Notes under the pieces: model-generated
The model's database searches: none
Seen by the model: only the letters and a program-made list of their open reading frames with translations
Told to the model about the DNA's origin: nothing
Assembly: GCA_013336275.1 (NCBI GenBank)
Contig: JAAXUA010000001.1
Location: 206,167-270,166 of the forward strand
DNA length: 64,000 nucleotides
Source: Candidatus Falkowbacteria bacterium
Lineage (GTDB): Bacteria; Patescibacteriota; Patescibacteriia; Patescibacteriales; GWE2-39-37
Direction of reading: 5' to 3'
In this document: piece by piece, positions 37,698 through 47,383 of the stretch
How positions within the stretch are numbered: the first letter of the stretch is position 1
Layout of the letters: each line of letters begins with the position of its first letter
Translations under genes and position numbers: made by a program

Positions 37698-39560
37698 ATG
37701 ACCGCCAACGAACTTAGGCAGAAATATCTCGATTTCTTCAAATCAAAAGGCCACTCAATCATTCCGAGCGCCTCATTGATGCCGGAAAATGACCCGACAG
37801 TACTATTTACCACTGCCGGCATGCATCCGTTGGTGCCATACCTGATGGGCGAGAACCATCCAGGCGGGACGCGCGTCGCCGACGTACAGAAATGCATCCG
37901 CACCGGCGACATCGACGACGTAGGCGACAATCGCCATCTGACTTTTTTTGAAATGTTAGGCAATTGGTCGTTCGGCGACTACTTCAAAAAAGAGGCTATC
38001 AGCTGGAGTTGGGAATTCCTAACTTCCAAAGAATGGCTCGGCCTCGACCCAAATCGCTTATACGTCACCGTCTTTATGGGCAATGACGACTCGCCAGTAG
38101 ATGAAGAATCGATCGGCGTCTGGCAAGAACAGTTCGCCAAGTTCGGCATCAAGGCCGAGGTCTGTCCTTATGGAGAGAAGATTGCCGGCAATCCTGCCTA
38201 CCGCATCTTCACCTTGCCTGCCAAAGACAACTGGTGGGGACCGGCCGGCGAGACAGGCCCATGCGGCCCATGCTCCGAGATGTTTTATGACGTCCGACCA
38301 GCAGAAGGCGCGCTCGAACTGACCTTCGACGAAGAGGTCGACCGCTTCCGTATCATGGAAATCTGGAATGATGTCTTCATGGAATTCAACAAAGTAGCCC
38401 CCGGCCAATTCGAGAAACTATCACAAAAGAATGTCGACACTGGCATGGGACTCGAACGTACCATCACCGTCCTGACCGGCAAACAGAGCGTCTTCGAGAC
38501 CGACATCTTCAAAACCATATTCGCCAAGATTGAAAGCCTGACCGGCAAAACCTATGGCGCAGACGAAAAAGATGACAAAGCCATGCGCGTCATCGCTGAC
38601 CACCTCAAAGCTTCAACCTTTATAATCGGCGACAACAAGGGGGTGACTCCATCGAACAACGCACACGGCTACGTCGTGCGACGCCTCTTGAGGCGCGCTA
38701 TGCGTTACGGACGCCAGCTCGGCCTGATCAATCAGATTTGGATCAGCGAGGTTGCCAAGGTAATTATCGCCGATTTTGCCGACATCTACCCGGAATTAGC
38801 TAAAAATAGCGACTTTGTTTTGGCCCAACTCAGCGAAGAAGAGGAAAAATTCAGCAAGACTCTGGAAAACGGCTTGAAAGAGTTTGAAAAGCTCAAAAAC
38901 AAGACCCAGATTGCCGAAAGGCTGATTGACGGCGTCGACGCCTTCAATCTATACCAGACTTACGGCTTTCCTTTGGAAATCACCAAAGAACTGGCAGCCG
39001 AAGCCGGCTTAACCATCGATGAAGCAGCCTTTAACCAGGAGCTGGAGAAGCATCAGGAACTTTCACGCACCGCTTCAGCTGGAATGTTCAAGGGCGGTTT
39101 GGCTGATGCCTCGGACGAAACCAAGAAACTTCACACCGCCGCTCACTTGATGTTAGCCGCCTTACGCCAAGTTTTGGGAGACCACATCCAGCAAAAGGGC
39201 TCAAACATCACCGCCGAGCGCCTGCGCTTCGACTTTTCTCATCCGGACAAGATGACCCCCGAACAAATCGCTCAGGTCGAGGCCATCGTCAATAAGAATA
39301 TCGCTGATGACCTGCCGGTAGGCTACCAGGAGATGACCCTGGAGGAGGCCAAGGCCATCGGTGCAACCGGCGTTTTTGAGTCTAAATATGGAGAAAAAGT
39401 GAAGGTTTATACCGCCGGCGAGGGAGCTAATATCGCCAGCCGGGAGATCTGCGGCGGCCCTCATGTTGACAGAACTGGAATTTTAGGTAAATTTAAGATA
39501 CAGAAAGAAGAAAGTTCGTCTTCTGGCGTCCGCCGTATCAAAGCGGTACTGGAACAGTAG
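37698..39560 (+). CDS. alaS: Alanine--tRNA ligase (short form, no C-Ala domain)
   Basis: DPTVLFTTAGM, HLTFFEMLGN, GPCGPCSE, DTGMGLER, HTAAH, CGGPH, GVRRI at the C-terminus. Confidence 0.97.
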   Translation: MTANELRQKYLDFFKSKGHSIIPSASLMPENDPTVLFTTAGMHPLVPYLMGENHPGGTRVADVQKCIRTGDIDDVGDNRHLTFFEMLGNWSFGDYFKKEAISWSWEFLTSKEWLGLDPNRLYVTVFMGNDDSPVDEESIGVWQEQFAKFGIKAEVCPYGEKIAGNPAYRIFTLPAKDNWWGPAGETGPCGPCSEMFYDVRPAEGALELTFDEEVDRFRIMEIWNDVFMEFNKVAPGQFEKLSQKNVDTGMGLERTITVLTGKQSVFETDIFKTIFAKIESLTGKTYGADEKDDKAMRVIADHLKASTFIIGDNKGVTPSNNAHGYVVRRLLRRAMRYGRQLGLINQIWISEVAKVIIADFADIYPELAKNSDFVLAQLSEEEEKFSKTLENGLKEFEKLKNKTQIAERLIDGVDAFNLYQTYGFPLEITKELAAEAGLTIDEAAFNQELEKHQELSRTASAGMFKGGLADASDETKKLHTAAHLMLAALRQVLGDHIQQKGSNITAERLRFDFSHPDKMTPEQIAQVEAIVNKNIADDLPVGYQEMTLEEAKAIGATGVFESKYGEKVKVYTAGEGANIASREICGGPHVDRTGILGKFKIQKEESSSSGVRRIKAVLEQ

Positions 39561-39707
39561 ACGGCCAATTAATGTGAATAATTCCACAGTTGCCTTTCGG
39601 GCGGCTGGAGGAAAAGACTTGAATAGGGGATTAATGACCCGTTAATTTGGTTTAAAATTACTAATGTTAGCAAATTAATAATTTGCCTTAATTTTTAGCC
39701 AAGAGCC

Positions 39708-39736
39708 TTGACATCATGATGCATTGCATATATAAT
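39708..39736 (+). promoter_or_regulatory. Consensus sigma70 promoter of the infA/alpha operon
   Basis: TTGACA-17-TATAAT exact, with AT-rich sequence upstream. Confidence 0.8.
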
Positions 39737-39834
39737 TATTTTGCAATTGATTAGATTAGATCAATATTTTTAGCTTAATCCAATCTACCAATTTTTGGTA
39801 AAGTTAAGTCTTGCCAAAATTTTTTGTTTATTAA

Positions 39835-40083
39835 ATGAAACATAGAGACAGAGCACAGCCAGAACAGAACAGCTCCAAGGACTTCATCGAAACCGAAGGT
39901 GAGGTTTTGGAATTATTGCCAGCAGCCACTTTCAAGTTAGCGCTGGCCAACGGCCACGAAGTCTTAGCCCACCTTTCCGGGAAGATGCGGATGAACAAGA
40001 TCCGCCTATTGCCAGGAGACCGGGTCAAGCTTGAAATGAGCCCCTACGATCTGACCAAGGGTCGGATCACCTACCGTTTATAA
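39835..40083 (+). CDS. infA: Translation initiation factor IF-1
   Basis: [46 protein letters not shown]. Confidence 0.97.
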   Translation: MKHRDRAQPEQNSSKDFIETEGEVLELLPAATFKLALANGHEVLAHLSGKMRMNKIRLLPGDRVKLEMSPYDLTKGRITYRL

Positions 40084-40095
40084 TTATCCCCATTT

Positions 40096-40209
40096 ATGAA
40101 AGTAAGAGCATCTGTTAAAAAAATTTGTAAGGACTGCAAAACTATCCGCCGCAAGGGCAGGGTGTGCGTCGTCTGCAAGAACCCCAAGCACAAACAGCGA
40201 CAGGGGTAG
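40096..40209 (+). CDS. rpmJ: 50S ribosomal protein bL36
   Basis: Manual translation: [37 protein letters not shown]. Confidence 0.97.
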   Translation: MKVRASVKKICKDCKTIRRKGRVCVVCKNPKHKQRQG

Positions 40210-40234
40210 TTATTTATTTATTACCTAAGAATTT

Positions 40235-40627
40235 ATGGCAGTTAGAATCGCCGGAGTCACAATTCCTAATGATAAACGTGTAGAGGTCGCCCTGACCTAT
40301 ATTTACGGTATCGGTTTGACCAAGTCCCAGAAGATCCTGGGCCAGACCAGCGTCAGCCCTGACGTCCGCGTCAAGGACCTGACCGATGAGCAGGTCAACA
40401 AGATCCGCAATCTGATCGAGAAGCAGAACAAGGTTGAAGGCGATTTGCGACGCGAAGTATTGAGCAACATCAAGCGCCTTAAGGATATCGCTTCTTATCG
40501 CGGCTCCCGCCACGCCAAGGGCTTGCCATTACGCGGACAGCGCACCAAGACCAACAATCGGACCACTCGCGGCAACGCCCGCAAGACCATGGGTTCCGGT
40601 CGCGCCAAATCTGCCCAAAAGACCTAA
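40235..40627 (+). CDS. rpsM: 30S ribosomal protein uS13
   Basis: [26 protein letters not shown]. Confidence 0.98.
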   Translation: MAVRIAGVTIPNDKRVEVALTYIYGIGLTKSQKILGQTSVSPDVRVKDLTDEQVNKIRNLIEKQNKVEGDLRREVLSNIKRLKDIASYRGSRHAKGLPLRGQRTKTNNRTTRGNARKTMGSGRAKSAQKT

Positions 40628-40651
40628 TCTTTGTTAAAAACGAATTATTTT

Positions 40652-41260
40652 ATGTCTGAAGAGAAGACTAACAATCAAGAAACCGCTGACGAGACTCCAG
40701 TTACGCCAGCAACCGACGACACCCAGAATGACAATGCAGCGGGTGAAATTTTCTCATTCCGTGACGACAAGTCCAATGACAAAGTTGTCCGCGTAGTCCA
40801 CGGCCAGGCCGAGGAATTGCCGGATAGCGTCAAGAAGATCCTGGAAAAGCGCAAAGAGAAGGCTGAAGGCAAAGGTGCCAAGAAGAAAGGCAAGAAAAAG
40901 AAAGTCGACAAGAAGGTCAGCGTCGGCAAAGCCTTCATTAAGGCCACCTATAACAATACTATCATCACATTGGCTGACAATACCGGAAACGTTATCAGCT
41001 GGGCAAGTGCCGGCGTAGCAGGCTTCAAGGGTCCGAAGAAATCGACCCCTTACGCTGCTTCGATCATCACTCGCATCGCTGTCGAACGCGCCAAGGAATA
41101 CGGTCTTGAAGAAGTCGGAGTCTACGTCAAAGGCGTCGGCACCGGCCGCGAGTCCGCTATCCGCGCTTTGAACGCCAGCGGCTTGACCGTCAGCTATATC
41201 CGCGACATCACCCCGATCCCGCACAATGGCTGCCGCGCTAAGAAACCGAGACGCGTTTAA
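40652..41260 (+). CDS. rpsK: 30S ribosomal protein uS11 with long N-terminal extension
   Basis: [31 protein letters not shown] 40652. Confidence 0.96.
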   Translation: MSEEKTNNQETADETPVTPATDDTQNDNAAGEIFSFRDDKSNDKVVRVVHGQAEELPDSVKKILEKRKEKAEGKGAKKKGKKKKVDKKVSVGKAFIKATYNNTIITLADNTGNVISWASAGVAGFKGPKKSTPYAASIITRIAVERAKEYGLEEVGVYVKGVGTGRESAIRALNASGLTVSYIRDITPIPHNGCRAKKPRRV

Positions 41261-41283
41261 TCAATGAACTTACTTGAATAAAT

Positions 41284-41913
41284 ATGGCAAGAAACCTAGA
41301 TCCAAAATGTAAACAGTGCCGCCGCTTAGGGGATAAGCTTTTCCTCAAGGGTGAACGTTGCAATAGCGCCAAGTGCGGAATCGTCAAGCGCAATTTCCCG
41401 CCTGGAGTCCACGGCTCAAAAGGCCGCACCCGCCAGACCGAATTCGGCCTGCAGCTGGCTGAGAAGCAGAAAGCCATGAAGGAATACCGCATGCTGGAGA
41501 AGCAATTCCATCTGACCTTCGAAAAGGCTCAGGAGCAGTCCGGCGATACCGGCGAGAACTTCCTGCGCATGCTCGAGTCACGTCTGGATAACGTCGTCTA
41601 CCGCCTGGCTTTCACCGAGTCACGCGACAAGGCCCGCCAGCTGGTCAATCATGGCCACTTCACCGTCAACGGCAAGACTGTTACTATTCCTTCTTTCATA
41701 GTCAAAGTCGGCGACATCGTTGCCATCAAGGAATCTAGCAAGAAAGCCAAAGTCTTCGCCAACCTGAGCGAGAAGGTCAAGAAGCAGTCCATCCCTGGAT
41801 GGCTGAACCTTGATGCCGCCGTCTTGTCTGGCAAAGTGCTGAATCTGCCGAAGAAAGATGATTTAGCTCTGAATCTGAATCCGCAAATGATTGTCGAATT
41901 CTATTCTCGCTAA
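41284..41913 (+). CDS. rpsD: 30S ribosomal protein uS4 (Zn-Cys form)
   Basis: CKQCRR, QLAEKQK, LESRLDNVVYR, ARQLVNHGH, IVEFYSR. Confidence 0.98.
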   Translation: MARNLDPKCKQCRRLGDKLFLKGERCNSAKCGIVKRNFPPGVHGSKGRTRQTEFGLQLAEKQKAMKEYRMLEKQFHLTFEKAQEQSGDTGENFLRMLESRLDNVVYRLAFTESRDKARQLVNHGHFTVNGKTVTIPSFIVKVGDIVAIKESSKKAKVFANLSEKVKKQSIPGWLNLDAAVLSGKVLNLPKKDDLALNLNPQMIVEFYSR

Positions 41914-41938
41914 AACATAAATTATATAAAAAGCAACT

Positions 41939-42757
41939 ATGGAAAAAATTGCCTTGCCACAAAAAATTAAAATCGAGAAAGGTGAGCAACCGAACCAGGA
42001 GATCGTTACGATCGAACCTTGTTTTCCGGGTTATGGCATCACTTTAGGCAATTCCTTGCGTCGCGTCCTGCTGTCTTCGCTTCCGGGCGCAGCAGTCATC
42101 GGCGTAAAAATCGAAGGCGCTGACCATGAATTCATGACCGTCCCGCACGTCAAAGAAGACGTCCTGGAAATCATCATGAATCTGAAGCAGCTTCGCCTCA
42201 AGGTCCATAGCGATCAGGTCATCAAACTGCAATTGAATGTCCATGGCGAGAAGGTCATTACTGCTGCCAATATCGAGGCTAACAGCGAAGTCGAGGTCAT
42301 CAACAAGGACCTACTCATCGCCAATATTACCGATATGGCTGGCAGCCTGAAGATGGAAATCTCCGTCCAGGCCGGCCGCGGTTATGAGACCATCGAGAGC
42401 CGCGAGAAAATCAAGCACGAAATCGGCTACATCGAGATCGATTCGGCCTATTCTCCTGTCATGAATGTCGGCCTGCAGGTCGAGAATGTCCGCGTCGGCA
42501 AGATGACCAACTGGGACAAGCTGGTAATGACCATCATCACCGATGGCACTATCACTACTGAGCAAGCATTTACTGATTCTGTAAATATTTTAATCGAACA
42601 GTTCGGCGCTTTATTGGCCGCACCAGCCGCAAAGAAATCAGAAGCTGCCGTTTCCGAGGAAGAGGCAACCCAAGATGAGGCGGAAGAAGAGTCGGAAGAC
42701 GAAGATGGTGACGAGCAAGAATCCAAGAAGAAGCGCGGACGACCAAAGAAGGGCTAG
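41939..42757 (+). CDS. rpoA: RNA polymerase alpha subunit lacking the canonical alpha-CTD
   Basis: EPCFPGYGITLGNSLRRVLLSSLPG, HEF, VKEDV; the NTD is followed only by an Ala/acidic linker and KKKRGRPKKG. Confidence 0.96.
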   Translation: MEKIALPQKIKIEKGEQPNQEIVTIEPCFPGYGITLGNSLRRVLLSSLPGAAVIGVKIEGADHEFMTVPHVKEDVLEIIMNLKQLRLKVHSDQVIKLQLNVHGEKVITAANIEANSEVEVINKDLLIANITDMAGSLKMEISVQAGRGYETIESREKIKHEIGYIEIDSAYSPVMNVGLQVENVRVGKMTNWDKLVMTIITDGTITTEQAFTDSVNILIEQFGALLAAPAAKKSEAAVSEEEATQDEAEEESEDEDGDEQESKKKRGRPKKG

Positions 42758-42784
42758 TCCTTCGCTAGTTATTAATGCACTACT

Positions 42785-43135
42785 ATGAGGCATCGCAACA
42801 AAAATAAAATACTTGACCGTGCTAAGGCACCCCGCGAACTGATGTTACGGAACCTGGCCTCTAGTATTATCATTTATGAAAAGGTCAAGACTACCGAGGC
42901 TAAGGCCAAGGCTGTCAGGACTTTGCTTGATCGCATGATCACCGTAGCCAAGGCTGGCGATCTGACCGCACGCCGCCGCTTGCTGGCAACCCTGCCGCAG
43001 ACTTTGGCTGCCAAAAAGGCTATCGAAGTGTTGGGCGAACGCTATAAGGAACGTCCGGGCGGATACAGCCGCATCGTAAAGCTTGGCGCTCGCCAAGGCG
43101 ATGGCGCCGAAATGGTTCAGATCGAACTGGTTTAA
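42785..43135 (+). CDS. rplQ: 50S ribosomal protein bL17
   Basis: MRHR, KTTEAKAK, RPGGYSRI, RQGDGA. Confidence 0.98.
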   Translation: MRHRNKNKILDRAKAPRELMLRNLASSIIIYEKVKTTEAKAKAVRTLLDRMITVAKAGDLTARRRLLATLPQTLAAKKAIEVLGERYKERPGGYSRIVKLGARQGDGAEMVQIELV

Positions 43136-43148
43136 ATTCATCATTCAT

Positions 43149-43511
43149 ATGGCCACACCAAAAGTAGAACGAAAAATCCATAATATCGACGCCACCGGCA
43201 AAGCCGTAGGACGTTTGGCTACCCAGATCGCCCTCTTGCTTCGCGGCAAGCACAAGCCTGAGTTCCAGCCGCACCTTGACCTTGGCGACATCGTCGAAGT
43301 CAAGAATATCGATCAGCTGTCATTCACCGGCAAGAAGGTTGAACAGAAACTGTACTATCGCCATTCGCAGCACCCAGGCGGTCTGAAAGTAACCCAGATG
43401 AAGAATTTGAAAAAAGATAATCCGGCCGATATCCTGAAGCGGGCTGTCCGCGAGATGTTGCCGCCGATCAAGAAGCGCCCAGACCTAATGCGTCGCTTAA
43501 TAATTCGCTAA
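43149..43511 (+). CDS. rplM: 50S ribosomal protein uL13 (short C-terminus)
   Basis: IDATGKAVGRLAT, LRGKHKP, YYRHSQHPGG, MLP; ATG 43149. Confidence 0.96.
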   Translation: MATPKVERKIHNIDATGKAVGRLATQIALLLRGKHKPEFQPHLDLGDIVEVKNIDQLSFTGKKVEQKLYYRHSQHPGGLKVTQMKNLKKDNPADILKRAVREMLPPIKKRPDLMRRLIIR

Positions 43512-43524
43512 TTACTCCTTGACT

Positions 43525-43986
43525 ATGACCGAACCAAAGAAAAAAACCGAAGCAGTGAAGGAAACCAAGAAGGCTGCTGCTCCTGCTACCCAGTTCAAGG
43601 GGCGATATATCGAAGCCGTCGGCAAGCGCAAATCGGCGATTGCTCGCGTCCGTCTCTACCAGAAGGGCGAAGGCATCATCACCGTCAACGGCATGACCCT
43701 CGAGGAATATCTGACACCGACTTTTTCCAATATTTCACTTGTCCCATTGAAACTGACCAGCCACACCAAGGACCTGAATTTCTCCGTCCTAGTCTCAGGC
43801 GGTGGCAAGAAAGGCCAGGCTGATGCGATCCGCCACGGCATTTCCCGCACCCTGATCGAACTGGAAGCAGCTCTGCGCCCAACCTTGAAGGCCAAGGGCC
43901 TCCTGACCCGCGATTCCCGCATCAAGGAACGCAAAAAGCCAGGCTTGAAGAAAGCTCGCAAAGCTCCGCAGTGGGCCAAGCGCTAA
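43525..43986 (+). CDS. rpsI: 30S ribosomal protein uS9
   Basis: GKRKSAIARV, GGGKKGQA, LTRDSRIKERKK, PQWAKR. Confidence 0.98.
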   Translation: MTEPKKKTEAVKETKKAAAPATQFKGRYIEAVGKRKSAIARVRLYQKGEGIITVNGMTLEEYLTPTFSNISLVPLKLTSHTKDLNFSVLVSGGGKKGQADAIRHGISRTLIELEAALRPTLKAKGLLTRDSRIKERKKPGLKKARKAPQWAKR

Positions 43987-44016
43987 ACGAACAGTATACA
44001 CCTCTTTGTATATACC

Positions 44017-44055
44017 AACAAATAACCTCCGACACGCTCGGAGGTTATTTGTTTT
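44017..44055 (+). terminator. Terminator of the ribosomal protein operon
   Basis: aacaaataacctccga-cacgc-tcggaggttatttgtt-tt. Confidence 0.85.
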
Positions 44056-44125
44056 AATGGCTGGATTTTTCGCTTAAATAAGGTATAATACACCTAGGCC
44101 CGGCTTGGGCTTTTTGATGAATCTT

Positions 44126-45586
44126 ATGGCTCAAAAAGTAGTCAATATCGCAAAGAATACCTCATATTACACCCTCGCCTTAATACTCCAGAAGGTAGTA
44201 TCTTTTTCCTATTTTGTCATCATCGCCCGGGCTCTCGGTCCGGAAGACCTGGGCAAATACTACTTCGCACTCTCATTCACCACCATCTTCGCCGTTTTTA
44301 TCGACTTGGGTTTTTCCAACGTCTCGACCCGTGAGACGGCCAAAGATCCGGAGCGGGCAGGGCAGTACCTCAACAACATCCTCGGGCTCAAGCTGCCGCT
44401 GACCCTGGTAGTCTGGCTCGCCTTGGTCGCTTCGGTTAATCTGATGGGCTATCCGCAACTGACCAAGATGCTCGTCTATCTGGCCTCGGCCTGCATGATT
44501 CTCGATTCTTTCACCCTGACATTTTTTTCGCTGAGCCGCGGATTCCACAACCTGATTTTTGAAAGCGTCGCTTCGGTCAGCTATCAGATAATCGTGCTGG
44601 TCGCCGGACTTGCCACCCTTAAACTCGGCTACGGCGTCGAATGGCAGATGGGTGCCTTGGTTGCGGCCAGCCTGCTCAACACCATTTACGCTTACCTCGT
44701 CGTTGTCCGCAAATGGAAGGTCAAAGTCAGACCGACTATCGACCGTGAACTGGCCAAGAAAATGATCTTGATCAGCTTGCCCTTCGCCACCTTCGGCATC
44801 GCCCAGCGCTTCTATACATATTTTGACACCGTCCTTCTATCGAGGTTGGCCGGAGACGAGGCCGTCGGCATCTACCAAGTCGCTTTCAAAATCATTTTTG
44901 CTTTGCAATTCCTGCCTGCCGCTTTCTCGGCCTCGCTTTATCCCGCCTTCGCCTCCTACTGGCAGAACAACCGCTCACAACTGGCCATCACCTTCGAGCG
45001 GGCCATGAATTATCTTTTGATTATCGCTATGCCAATCAGCATCGGCATCATCTCGATTGCCGACAAGATACTTTTACTGTTCACTAACAGCTATGCCAAC
45101 GCCCTTTGGCCGCTACGTCTGAATATCGCGGCCCTGGTCTTCAGCTTTCTTAACTTCGCTCTCGGCGCTTTGCTCAACGCCTGCGACCAGCAGCGCGCCA
45201 ACACGCGCAATATGATCATCATCACCTTAACGAGCGCGGCGATCAACCTCGCGCTTATACCAAAATACCAGGCTGTCGGCGCCTCAGTGGCCGTCTTGGT
45301 TTCCAATATCATGATGTTCATCCTGGGGATGCGCCTAATTCCGGCCATCACCAACTACGACCGGCGCAAGGTCGCCATCATGGCCGGCAAGGTCCTCTTG
45401 GCCTCGGCCGTCATGGGCGCTCTCTCGACTCTGCTCAAAAATTATCTTAATGTCTTTCTCGTGGTCGCCATTTCGGGCCTGGCTTACTTCGGCCTTCTGT
45501 TCGCCGTCAGGGCTTTCCGCAAAGAAGACATCCTAAGCATCGTCTCTTCCTTCAAACGAGGCGGGGGCGGGGAACAAACCTCATGA
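44126..45586 (+). CDS. Wzx-like oligosaccharide flippase (MOP family)
   Basis: IAKNT, ARALGPEDLG, DLG, DTVLL, VGIY; about 14 TMs. Start uncertain (44117 or 44126). Confidence 0.88.
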   Translation: MAQKVVNIAKNTSYYTLALILQKVVSFSYFVIIARALGPEDLGKYYFALSFTTIFAVFIDLGFSNVSTRETAKDPERAGQYLNNILGLKLPLTLVVWLALVASVNLMGYPQLTKMLVYLASACMILDSFTLTFFSLSRGFHNLIFESVASVSYQIIVLVAGLATLKLGYGVEWQMGALVAASLLNTIYAYLVVVRKWKVKVRPTIDRELAKKMILISLPFATFGIAQRFYTYFDTVLLSRLAGDEAVGIYQVAFKIIFALQFLPAAFSASLYPAFASYWQNNRSQLAITFERAMNYLLIIAMPISIGIISIADKILLLFTNSYANALWPLRLNIAALVFSFLNFALGALLNACDQQRANTRNMIIITLTSAAINLALIPKYQAVGASVAVLVSNIMMFILGMRLIPAITNYDRRKVAIMAGKVLLASAVMGALSTLLKNYLNVFLVVAISGLAYFGLLFAVRAFRKEDILSIVSSFKRGGGGEQTS

Positions 45587-46671
45587 AGACACTGCTTTTC
45601 ACAACCGAATATCCGCCGCAGTTCGGCGGGGTCTCGAATTATTACGAAGAACTTGTCAGGCATTGGCCCGATCAGGACGGTTTGGCCGTCCTTGATAACT
45701 CGAACGGCAAACTCGTCGACAACAAGCTTTCATTTTTCAAATGGCGTCCTGCCTTCAGCGCTCTTTCGCACGCCGTAAAAGAGCAGGGGATCAAGCACAT
45801 CATCGTCGGACAGATCTTGCCCTTGGGCACCGTAGCCTGGATCAAATCCAAACGCCTGGGCTGCACTTACAGCGTCGTACTCCACGGCATGGATGTACCA
45901 TTTGCCCTGAGAAGCTCCCGTAAGCGCTGGCTCGCCAAGCGCATCCTGGCCGGAGCCGAGAGGGTTATCTGCACCAATAGCTATGTCGCTGAACTAGCCA
46001 AGCCTTTACTCAATGACCATTCCAAAATAGCTATAGTCAATCCCGGCATCGGCAAGGTACCGGCCGTGGACGGTTTCATGACCGATTCGCTATCGGCAAA
46101 ATATTCACTAAGCGGCAAAACGATTATCTTGTCGCTCAGCCGTTTAGTCAAGCGCAAAGGCATGGATATGGTCATCCGGACCCTGCCTGCGCTCTTCGCC
46201 GATGACCCTAAGCTGATTTACGTCATTGCTGGCACCGGTCCGGATGAAGCCTATCTCAAAGGCCTGGCCGCCGCCTTGCCGGAAGAAGACCAAAAACGCA
46301 TCATCTTTACCGGCCAGATCACCGATGCCGAGAAATGGTCTTGGCTCTCGCTCTGCCGTCTCTTCATCATGCCAGCCCGCGATATCGACGGCGACTTCGA
46401 GGGCTTCGGCATCGTCTATCTCGAGGCCAATCTCATGGGCAAGCCGGTCATCGCCGGACGATCCGGCGGCGTACCGGACGCGGTGGTCAGCGACCTCAAC
46501 GGCCTTCTGGTTAATCCTAACGACACCAACGAGATCAGACAGGCGATCCAGACTTTGACCCAAGACGAGGCCTACGCCGAAAAGCTAGGCACCCAAGGAA
46601 GGGAAAGGGCGATACGCCATTTCACCTGGAACGACAAGGCTAAATCATTCCACGATTATATCAATAAATAA
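45583..46671 (+). CDS. Glycosyltransferase family 4
   Basis: YPPQFGG, RLVKRKG, EGFGIVYLEA, GGVPDAV. Confidence 0.92.
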   Translation: MKTLLFTTEYPPQFGGVSNYYEELVRHWPDQDGLAVLDNSNGKLVDNKLSFFKWRPAFSALSHAVKEQGIKHIIVGQILPLGTVAWIKSKRLGCTYSVVLHGMDVPFALRSSRKRWLAKRILAGAERVICTNSYVAELAKPLLNDHSKIAIVNPGIGKVPAVDGFMTDSLSAKYSLSGKTIILSLSRLVKRKGMDMVIRTLPALFADDPKLIYVIAGTGPDEAYLKGLAAALPEEDQKRIIFTGQITDAEKWSWLSLCRLFIMPARDIDGDFEGFGIVYLEANLMGKPVIAGRSGGVPDAVVSDLNGLLVNPNDTNEIRQAIQTLTQDEAYAEKLGTQGRERAIRHFTWNDKAKSFHDYINK

Positions 46672-46678
46672 ACCCCTC

Positions 46679-47383
46679 ATGATTTCGATAATCATTCCTG
46701 CCTACAACCGCGCCGACAAGATCGGCCAGACGCTCGATTCGATCATTGCCCAAAGCGAGAAAGATGTCGAGGTTATCGTCGTCGACGACGGGTCGAAAGA
46801 CGGCACCCAAGACGTGCTCGCCTCTTACGATGGCAGATTCAAGCAGGCACAGATACCTTATCGCTTCTCGAAGCAGGCTAACGCCGGCGCGCCAGCAGCC
46901 CGCAACCGCGGCTTTGCAGCCAGCACGGGCGAGTTTCTGATCTTCTGCGATGCCGACTCCGAGCTGGTTCCGGACGCACTGGCGACGATGAAGAAAACCC
47001 TGATCGACAATCCCGCTGCCAGTTATGCCTATTCTTCATTCTACTGGGGCAGCAAGCTCTTCAAGGTCGGACCATTCTCACCCGAACGGCTGAAGCAAGG
47101 CCCGTTCATCCACACCATGGCCCTCATCCGCCGTTCAGATTTTCCGCAATCGGGCTGGGACGAAGCGGTGAAGAAGCTTCAGGACTGGGACTTGTGGCTG
47201 ACCATGCTCGAGGCAGGGAAGCAAGGCGTCTTTATCGACAGACCGCTTTTCCGCATCTGGCCGGGCGGCACTATCTCTAGCTGGCTGCCTTCATTCGCTT
47301 ACAAACTTTTGCCCTTTCTGCCACAGGTCAAGAAATACAAAGCCGCAGTTGAGCTGATTAAGGGGAAACACAAATTATCATGA
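46679..47383 (+). CDS. Glycosyltransferase family 2
   Basis: ISIIIPAYN, VVDDGSKD, ARNRG, FCDAD, QDWDLWL. Confidence 0.92.
   Translation: MISIIIPAYNRADKIGQTLDSIIAQSEKDVEVIVVDDGSKDGTQDVLASYDGRFKQAQIPYRFSKQANAGAPAARNRGFAASTGEFLIFCDADSELVPDALATMKKTLIDNPAASYAYSSFYWGSKLFKVGPFSPERLKQGPFIHTMALIRRSDFPQSGWDEAVKKLQDWDLWLTMLEAGKQGVFIDRPLFRIWPGGTISSWLPSFAYKLLPFLPQVKKYKAAVELIKGKHKLS

Noticed and set aside
39561..39834. AT-rich intergenic region as oriC
   Set aside because: No cluster of TTATCCACA boxes; explained by a hairpin after alaS plus the strong infA promoter.
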